A stretch of DNA of 47,951 nt. It comes from Intoshia linei (Eukaryota; Animalia; Orthonectida). This document shows positions 11,301 to 21,400 of the stretch, in pieces. A model generated the notes under the pieces. It saw only the letters and a program-made list of their open reading frames with translations, did no database searches and was not told where the DNA came from. Location: assembly GCA_001642005.1 (NCBI GenBank), contig LWCA01000140.1, positions 1 through 47,951 on the forward strand, written 5' to 3'. Numbering within the stretch: the first letter of the stretch is position 1; each line of letters begins with the position of its first letter. The translations under genes were made by a program, and so were the position numbers.

Positions 11301-14300
11301 TTTATAATTTTTTTATTTAGCACTTGCCTCTAAGGTTTGAATTTGAAATAATACTGAAATATCCCATCATGGTAATTCAATTAATGCTTATGTTAATTTT
11401 TATAGTTTAATGAAAAAATATAATTTTTATTAACGAAAAAAAAAATTTACTAGAAACTTTTATGGGATTTAGATAATTGTTTCAACTAAAGTTTAGTCTA
11501 AACTGTAAAAGATGAAATTGTAGAATTACTTTTTATTTTTGTATATTTTTTATATTTTCAACATTCAACATATAAAACATTTTAATTTTATGAAAAATTT
11601 ATCGTTACTGCATCTTTAATATTTCAAAACAGAAATTACCATATAAAATAATGTTATAATTTTATTAACATGTAAAAGTATCTATTTAAACTTTTTTCTT
11701 TTTGATAATTTTAACAACAATAAGTTTTATTTTTATAATAAATTAATCGTAAAAGTGACAATATAAATGAAATACTATAAATAAACATTTAATAATTAAA
11801 ATTTAGTATCTGTTTGAATTCGTAAATAAAGTTAAAGATATTTATGCTTTATACAGATCAATGTGTCACACATCCGGATATTCCAATTATATTTATTATA
11901 ACGAATTTTTAAATGGTAGTTACTAATAAGAGTTCAAGTATACATTGTATATTTGTTTACATATTGTTGATCAAATTTTTTCACTTTTTCAACATTATAA
12001 GTTACTAGCTTGACTGTTATGTACTTCGTACAAACAGCATCCTAGCTCTGCCGAGGGCTGACATTTTTATTCTACCAGAAAAATAAATTCAATAAGAAAA
12101 TGTAACCTAAAAATGCTCTACTCATTATTATCAATCATTTAAAGGAGTTGTTTCAAACTTGTTACACGTGGACCCGTCATAAATTATATCACATTACTTT
12201 TAAATTTAAAGTTAATTATTCCACGTTAAAGGTTCGTTTAATTTTCGGACCGTTAATTATTTCACATTTTTTGTTTTAATAAAATATTTCGGAAACAAAA
12301 TATATGAATACTAAAATGCTTTTTTCACCTTGAAGTCGTCAATTATTCAGATTGAAATGTTTTCTGTGTTTTAACAGAATACAACTACCATCTGTATTTT
12401 TTTTAAATTCTAGGGCTGTTTTCATTTTAAAACATAATTGTAATGTGGGTTTTGATTGTAAATATTATTTTTTTTGAGGTTTCCATTTATGATAGTGTTG
12501 ATGATTTTAAAAACTATCCCAGAATTTATGGTTAAAAAAAATTTAGGACATGTTTTATTTTTAAAACAAAGGGTAATTTGTGGTTTTGATCATGAATGTA
12601 TTCGTTTTTGAGGCTGAGATTAACGACAATGTTAATGATTTTAAAACTCCCCAGAATGTATGTTTTATTAAATTTTTGGGCTGATTTTTTTTTAACAAAA
12701 GGGAAAATTTGGTGTTTTACCCTGAAGGAGTCAATTCTGAAACTGAAAAATAGATAAAAACACGTCCTGGTAAAAACTATATTAGAAATTCGCTTTTTTT
12801 AAATCCTGCGACTTTCAATTTTTCAATAAATGGTTACACACAGACACACAAACATACGCAGACATTTATTTTTATATAAGTAAAAGATATGCATTCAAAG
12901 TTTGATCGGTTTCAATGTTTGAAAGTAAAAAAATTTGTTTGGCAAGTGAACATTTTGTTGATTTAATAAAAATCGATAAATTTAGATGTAGAAAATTGTT
13001 TGACAATGCCTCTAAATAATGCCGATTGTGCAAACAAGTCAATTTTAAACAACTTTACAAATGTTTGTAACAGTTCATTATATCATGATCGTCAAATAGC
13101 AATATCCGACATTGAACTCAGATTAGTCTTAGGAGAGAATGATGTCGTAATTTTTGTTGATTTTACATTTTCAAAGTGTTTCCAAACTGTTACATTTGGC
13201 ACAAAAAAAAATAGAATTTTACAATATTTTCAATAAAGTTCAATTTCCATTTTTATACAGTATTTTCATATGGGTAATACCCGTTGGGTTAAAAATTCTG
13301 TGCAACTTGAAAACCAAACGTACTGTAAAATATTTTATAACCTAAATTTAATAAAGAAAAATTAATTTTTAATTGTCTTATATGAATTTCATACCCATGA
13401 ATGACCCAAAAGACAGTCACGTTGACTTAAAATAGTTCAAAAACACCTATTAAATTTAACTACTAATACTCATAAATCTAAACTGGTTAACTTTTTATTA
13501 TTTTAAATTGTAGAGTATACGATTAGATGAAAATAACAGAATATTTATAGGATCCTTCCAAGCAAAAATAACGATTGAAAATCGAATAATAACGGTAATT
13601 ATTATTTTTAAATTTGGGCAATATATTGTATATATATTTATATACTATATAATCTAATAATAGTTAAAACTAAACTTCTACCAAGGGTATATGTGTGGTT
13701 TTGATAGCATGATATATCAATGAACACTAAAATTATAATCTATCAATAATCACACATAAACCTGGAAATTAATTTTTTTAATTTTAAATTTATATTTAGC
13801 CAATATTCTTCTTATTTAACGATATAATATTTATTGCCAACAACATACAAAATTTAAATCTTGTTGATAATATAATCTATACGCCTGATATATTATATGT
13901 TAATTATATCGATAAAAAACGTAATTTCATATATAAAATATTATTCAATACATTAAAATCAATCTAGATTGCATAATCTGTACTTCAACTAATTTAATCG
14001 ACAATTTGAATTACCGTGAAATTGTTTTGACATTTATGAATCAAGAGGAATGTTTTTATTCATATTACATATTAGAAAAGAATACATGGATAAAAAACAA
14101 AATATTTCACAAAAGAAAAATTTCATCTTCTTTATCGGATAAAATTTTAGGTAAGGATATAAAATTATTCAAAAAATTCGATTTTACCAATGGTTAAGCG
14201 AAAAATTTAGTTTTACCTAATCTTAAAGCAAAAAAATGACTTAATCAAAGACAAAAGAAAAAATTAAATTTTAGCAATGTTTAAGGGGAAAATTCACTTT

Positions 14301-14547
14301 TTCTAATTTTTTTCGAAAAATCCCTGGTTTAACCGATTGAGACATGATGACGCGTTTATGCGTTTATTTATTATTTTATTAATTTGTTGAAAAATTAGAA
14401 AAACGAATGACGAGTAAAATGAATTATTTTAAAAATGTCATATCAAAATCAGTCATGAATATTTACGAATCCATATCCGATGGTTTTAAAGCAAATTCAA
14501 TGAACGAATTCAAAGCAATTATAAATAATCAAAAAGTGTGTCTGTAA
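8332..14547 (+). CDS. Divergent PDZ + DH(RhoGEF)-like + PH-like protein, >=527 aa, start codon not located
   Basis: Phase-consistent GT-AG exons: 8332-8436 (tentative), 8913-9000, 10011-10116, 10448-10532, 10738-10890, 10978-11061, 11167-11274, 11321-11371, 11807-11915, 12986-13146, 13514-13594, 13800-13920, 13968-14150, 14399-14547. PDZ: KYGLKLDGSCAAKISGIVP-NSIANLAGLQIDDSVIKINEINVSRSTAQSVLEII...SINLMIAR. DH-like helices: FEFENNAY...LLIEPL and FEIILKYPIM. PH: NRIFIGSF...FFLFNDIIFIA. Confidence 0.75.
9085..9760 (+). mobile_element. Helitron-like repeat fragment in PDZ-splitting intron
   Basis: Colinear with family blocks through AAAGTGCTGATTCCGTTAAT. Confidence 0.8.
12005..12887 (-). mobile_element. 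Complete non-autonomous Helitron (883 bp)
   Basis: On the minus strand the 5' end is A|TCTTTTACTTATATAAAA...GTCTG/GTGT microsatellite. The 3' end is the hairpin CTGTTTGTAC-GAA-GTACATAACAG followed by TCAAG-CTAG|T. Inserted between A and T with no TSD. Three ~132-bp internal tandem units (starting ~12409, 12542, 12674). Confidence 0.85.
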
Positions 14548-14651
14548 ATTATCAATTAAAGTTTTACTACCTTCGGTATTTTTTTTGAGTTTTTAAAATT
14601 GCAATGACGGTTATACATGTTGACGAGAGTAAATAAAAACTAAAGTAAACA

Positions 14652-15267
14652 ATGAAATCATTTGCAATAGCGTTAATTTTATGGCTAAGTATAAAAGGAA
14701 ACTGTGTTGTACTAACCGATGAAAATATGAACCAAAATATTGATATTGTGGTTTCATTAACAAGTACATTCAACTTGTTGGTATATTTGACAATCCTGTC
14801 ACCCATTATATACTATGTTCAAAGTGACCCATTAGAATTATTCAAATATGTTAGTGTTCAAGTTCACTATGCAGTGTTTATAGTAATTTATATGATAGGA
14901 GGTATCTATTACATATTCATATCTAATGCAATATATAAAATTGTCGCCTATTATACAGAGCATTATTTATTTGACACTAATGAAAAAGTACCACTCTCAA
15001 TATACACAAATCCTTGGGCCCAAATTTCAAAATTTGCACCATACGAATATAATAGCAAAATAGGTTTGGAATTTTTAATAAAATTTTTTAATAATTTTTT
15101 TCTAGAAATAATGTATGCAGATTTTGAACCAATTAAAAGACCAATAAAGGAAACGGTTATTGATAAAAAAACTGTACAAAATGACACTGACATTCAAAAT
15201 GATATACAAGGTATATAAAATCGTTATAAATCTTTTTGTTACCGCAGACCATAGCCTATACATGTGA
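14652..15267 (+). CDS. Uncharacterised small membrane protein (signal peptide + two hydrophobic helices)
   Basis: 188-codon ORF in very AT-rich DNA. MKSFAIALILWLSIKG is signal-peptide-like, followed by two TM-like segments. Probable introns 15064-15105 (42 nt, in frame) and 15211-15247 give a C-terminus ...DIQDHSLYM*. No family recognised. Confidence 0.6.
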
Positions 15268-15480
15268 GGACGGGTCATACGAGTTATTTTCATGGTCCTT
15301 CCAGAAAACGTCCCTTTTAAATAATAATTTTAGTTAGTAAAAAAAACAGCACAATAATTAATTGGAACCGTAAAATTTTTTATATCTTAAGTGTTTTGTA
15401 CCAAAAAGTTTATAATAAAACTTAAATATAGTATAATATAGACACAGAAGAAAACAACAAATGAAAATTAATTGAATAAA

Positions 15481-18400
15481 TTATTTATTTATAATTTTGG
15501 GTACAGAAACAACTCTTCGGTTTATGAGGTATCTAAATTTTATTTAAGATAAAATAAAATGTAATTTGATAATTATCATGTACACATTAATTAATTAATA
15601 CAATTACCGATAATTGAAAATGTTTTTATAAAAATGAAGGTAAGTTGTAATGAATAACTTTGTCATTATAAGTGAACCAAAAAGAACCAACAAATAAACA
15701 GAAATTAATATTTCGGGTGTGTATATATATTTTGGTTTATACTTCATCAATTCTAAATATATAAATACAAATTACACTAAAAAAATTACCGGGTTGCATA
15801 TAAAACAAAAGTACAACAATAGCTTTTCTAATAACTAGTGTAGATACAGGCCATATCATTAGAGGTAAACAAACATGTCGCAGGGCTTTGAAAAGATCTA
15901 ATCTGTTTATCGGTTGAAATAAAATCTAAAATCAAAATTGAAAAAATCTAAAAAATACAAAAAATACCTCCAAAATGTGCTGTCTGATAACCATATTGGA
16001 AAATAGAGTAATTTTTATTAAAATCAATTTAAAAGAAAATAATCCAAGTATGCGTAACTAAATTTTAAATGTAAAAGTAATACAAAAGTGTGCAAATTTC
16101 AAACCTGAGATATGGGTAGGAGTCCCCAATGGGGACTCAAAATATATATGGCTATATTTTTTTGAAATTTGATAAAAATATGAGTAATTGTTATATTTGC
16201 TTGTGTAACAATATATATGTATATTCCATTAATTTTCATATATGATACACGTTATAATAAAGTATATTAAATTTAATTAATTAAAATTAGAATTTAAAAT
16301 TAAATAGTAATTTATTAAATTAATATTGAACACTTCAAAATTAAGAATGTAAATGTAAATTAATTTTGAAAATATTAAATATACGTCTGTTTGTTTTTAA
16401 CCATTTATTTTAAAAAGTACAAATGGTTATATTTTTTGGGTTGAAATTTTGTGTCTATATCTATTAGAATAAGCTGTATCAGAATATTTTTTTAAATTCT
16501 AGGACCGTTAATTATTTTACATTTTATGTTTTGCAAAATTTTGTTAATAAATCAATGAATACCAAAATGCTTTTTTGACCGTGAACGTCACTTTGTGAGA
16601 TTAAAATTTTTTTGTGTGTGTTAACTGGATATAACTATACGAATTGTTATTTTTTATAATTCTAGGACTATTTTCGTTTTTAAAAAAAAAAGTAATTTGT
16701 GGTTCTGATGGTGAAAATGTATTTTTTTGGGTTTCCAATTTGATAATGCTTATGATTTTAAAAACTATAACATAATTTATGTTTTATAAAATTCTAAGGC
16801 TTTTTTAGTTTTAAAAAAAAAAGGATAATTTGTGATTTTGACCAAGAAGATGGAAGTTTCTGAGGCGGAGATTTACGACAATTTTACTGACTTTCAAACG
16901 CGTCCCAGAAAATGCTTTTTTTAAATTTTAGGGCAGATTGTATTTTTAAAAAAAAATGGAAAGTTGAAATTTTTGACGCGGAAGGACTCAATTTAGAAAA
17001 ATGAAAATTGTGAAACTGCATCAACCTAGAAACATGTTATTAGAAATTGGGTTTTTTTAATTTTAAAATTACTTCACTATTAATTTTGTAAATAAACGTA
17101 AACAGACAGAGAAACACACAGGTAACACAGACATTCAGTTTTATATAACTCAAAGATCAATTAATCATAATTTAAAGTTAATCTTTTGTATATCAAACTC
17201 AAATTGAGCATAATTTTGGCTCATAAATTAAATAATTTGCTCTAAAATTTATCCACTAATCTATTTTTACTAAGAATACGTCTTAGGCACAAATACAGCA
17301 TTAGATACTAAAGTAATACTTTGATAACATCCAGTTACTCAATTAATTAAATTTAATCTAAAGTGACCAGAAACAATACGTAAACCGTGTACTATCAATT
17401 TTAGTTTATTTGGGGTTAAATGTGAAGCAAAAACTACGAATAAAAATTTTCGGCTTAAAATGTATTCCAAATAAACTAAAAGTGATAGTATGTATTTTTC
17501 ATTTAATTTATTTATTATTTAATCAAATTACTCATCTTATCATGATTCATGACAATAATAGTTAGTTACTAATTGCAACTAAATAGTTATCAAAAAATGT
17601 TAAATTTGACCTATCTTTAAATGTCCCTCGACAGAGCTAGCTACTGTGTGTACAAAGTACCAAATATAATAATATAAAAATTACATAAAAATTGACATAT
17701 CGAGAACAAACATTGAATGGAATGACTACTCTAATAACAAAATAGTAAAGATTGAGACCGAGTATATATGGGTAAATGTAAAGCATTAAAAAGAATAAAA
17801 TGCTCAATGATAGCAACTAAATATTCACATTATACACATGTATGCATTATTGTATTAATTTACCGATTTTGTCATTTTCAAAAAATTTGATAGAGATACA
17901 GATGTGTCATTTTTCTTCCATTCAAATAGATACAATATTGTTTTCAGTAAAATAATTTTACAAATTATAATTACAACAAATCCAACAAAATAGGCAGTAA
18001 AGTCATTTTTTTTGTTTAAAATTGATCTTCCCAGCAATACTTTAAATGTACAGGTAAATAAAATTTTTAAATAATAAATTACATGGCGTAATAATTATAA
18101 TTAGAGATAATATAAATAAAGTGAAACAAAATAAAATCCAAAATCCAATAATCTATAAATTTAATAAATTTTTAATTAATTTAAATTTTAAATAATACTC
18201 GATAAAACTTGAAAGATATGTGGGTATTTTCAACTTTATCATCCTCGCTTTCAAAAATTTCATCAGTATCTGGATTGTCCCAAAAATTATTATTCATATC
18301 CAATCTCAAGTTTAAAACCTAAATAATAGCAGTTATTAATATATAATATCAATATACCATATAATTTGCAAAACTGCGCTTGCCCAAAAAATAATCTCTG

Positions 18401-21400
18401 ACTCCGACAGCTGAAGAAGCAAAATGCACAATTAAAATTAGTGTCAATCGTAGAAAATTTCGTAAAATGCGCACTTTTATAAGTGGTGAACATATAGTTA
18501 TTGCAATTATCAAATCAGATGCAAAATAATGTGTTATAAACCTGGAAATAAAAATTTAAAAAAAATATAATATCCTCAATTTTACCCATCCACTTTAAAT
18601 GGTATCAATCCTGGCAAAAATGTGATTGTAAATTTTGTTGGAAGCCAAATAACAATTATTGTTGCCATTCCATTCAAAAACTAAAAAAACGTATACAATC
18701 AGTATTTAATCAGTAGTTTTCAAAAGTTTCAATTATTACAAGTAAGAGTTGATTAAACCTCTACTAAACTACTAAACCCCTAAAAATAACTTGAAATGTG
18801 ACAATGTCAAAATAAAATATAGAATTAACTTTATCAGTAACATTTTAAATGTAAAAATGAAAATATTACCACACTTCCAAATGTACACCGTATTAAAGAT
18901 TTCCATCCTAGCGAATACCACTAAAAATTCTTTTAAATTGAAATTATTTTAAATCAGTGTTCTTCAATATAGACAATACCACAAAGTATTGATAAAATTG
19001 TTTTTTTATGTGGCCGTTTTAGATAGAAAATAAACAGTAAAGAGCTGATTTGAATTATTACAATTTGATTAATAAATCTGTACCTCTTTGACACTCGCAG
19101 CTTTAAATTTAGCAATCATGGATAAAGCACTTTCTTTACAAATAAGCTTCATGTATATAATGAAAGAATTAAAATAAACAATCCAAGAACATCCCACAAT
19201 AAAACGAGAAAACAAAAATAACATTGGTGCTTGATTATATTCTACAAACCGAATAGATAATTTTGTATTCATCAATTTCTAGAAAATAAAAAATTTTATT
19301 TTAACAAATATAAATAAGTCACTTACTAAACTACAAATATCTATCCAAAAGCCAATTAAAGCTGGAAACACCATCATTGTATATACAACTAATACAATCA
19401 ATTTTATTGTAAAATGTGCAAATCCAAAAAAATATCCATATCTTTAAAATAAATAAATTAATGCTTTTTATCGAAAACTTTCCAATTAACTTTTTTAAAT
19501 GGTAGAAAATGGACAATAAAAATAAATACATCGCATTGTAAATTTTAAATGTAATTTACAAATTCGTAGTTGAATAAATTCTATAATCCATTTTTTTGTC
19601 TGTAATAAAATATAGTACCCAATAATAAGGATGGGGAGTGTGTGTGTGTGCGAAATTTTTAGCTTTTCATCTGGGTCGTGAAATGCAAAAGTTTCTTAAA
19701 TACTATTATATTAGTTCTATTATTAGTCAAAAATTTCCAATTCCGGATTTTGACGAATAGTGGAGGCTTGACACAGTGGTGTATTATAAAAAAATCACCA
19801 ACAACCCAAAAATATTATTTGGAAAGCTTTAAATTATTAATTGATTATGTAATTTACTTATAAACTTTCAGTCTGTATAGTAATTCATAAAAAATGTAAG
19901 CTATCGACATATAAACAATATATCCGGTATATATAAATACGATAGATTTGAAAGTAACCTAAATTTTATATGATACACAGCACTAAAAATGAATATTATA
20001 ATAGTTTAATAGAATATTTTAAAACTTAAAAAAAATTTGATGGAAATTTTTTTGGTCCAAAATTAAAAAATATTGAGGTATCTTTTTGACAATAATGAAA
20101 ATAGATTAAATGAGAGTTTTTACAAATATTTTTCGCAATTCAGGTCCCTGTACCCCTTGGACCTCCTGGGGTCCAAAACTATATGTCTTGGAGTTGGTGA
20201 GATTCAAATAGAATATATAAAAATTTTTATCAGCTTTCTTTAATTTGTATAGAATTTTTATAATCCAAAACACAAAATAAAAAATCCAATATTACCAACC
20301 TAAATTATGGAAAAAATCACATTTTTCCAATAATTTTCTCAAAAATCCGATTTTACCAAATCTTATGAGCATCAACTTCTTAATCCAAAACCCAAAATAA
20401 AAAATCACATATAACCAACCTAAATTAAAATGAAAATCCACTTTTTCCAATAATTTTTTCAAAAATACGATTTTACCAAATCTTATGAACATCAACTTGT
20501 AACAACATTAATAATAATGTAGCGGTCGTCTAGACTTTGAGATTTTTATCCCACAATGAATAAACAATAAAAAATATTTAATAAAAAATACAATTCTAAA
20601 CCCTCAGGGTATAATCGAATTTTACCGATAGTTTTTTGAAAAATCAGATTTTACCAAACCTGTTAATAAAAATACACTTAATCCAATCCCAAAATAAAAA
20701 ATACAATTTTAGTCACACTTAAAGGAAAATCTCCTAATTCCAATATTTTTTTGAAAAACCCAATTTTACCAAATCTTATGATAAAAAACATCTTATTTCA
20801 ATACAAAATAAAAAATATTTTACAAATCTTTAAGTGAACAATCCCCTTTTATCTAATTTTACCAAAATCTTTGAGCACTATGAAACTATGCAAATAAATA
20901 ATTAATAGAATGCTAAATGAATGTTACATCATTTCGAGATGATCAAAATTTTTCCTGTAAAAGTGAAACTTTTAGAATAAAATAGAAGTGTTTATTTTCA
21001 ATTACAAAAAATGACTTTATTAACTTCATAAAATTTTAATTAGCTAATTAATAAACATAATATTGGTATGATCATGCATGGAATTGCATGCTAATTAACA
21101 TATAAAAAATTATGTTTTACTTGCCTTAATTATAAGTAATTGTCTGTGATGTAATGTAAATTTTAACAAAATTCTTTTTAGTGAGTTTTTTAAAGTACTT
21201 AAGTACTTATTTACATAATATCTTTAAAAATTTAAAAAGTAATTAGTACCGTACGGGGTTAAAAAAACTAAATTGAACACACCAGTGCGTACACTATTTG
21301 AACCGGGAAGCATTGATTTAACTGTATAATAAAAATATACCTCATTAGAAACATACGAATGCATAACAAAATGGCCAATTTTAATCGGAAGGTAAACTAA

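Noticed and set aside
14567-15293. Minus-strand ORFs overlapping the orphan gene
   Set aside because: Antisense shadows. The + ORF is longer and has a signal peptide and splice signals.
18290-18493. Cys-containing ORF (CAFCFFSC) resembling a zinc finger
   Set aside because: Alternative frame of MARCH6 exons 17-18; the phase-consistent frame matches MARCH6.
19331-19531. ORF suggesting a separate gene start
   Set aside because: Wrong frame of MARCH6 exon 13 plus intron.
19772-19800. CACAGTG resembling a Transib/RSS end
   Set aside because: No matching opposite end or 5-bp TSD found; it abuts another MITE end.
20292-20495. ORF with an internal peptide repeat; possible CRISPR-like array
   Set aside because: Translation of the ~120-bp tandem repeat. 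There are no unique spacers and the context is eukaryotic.
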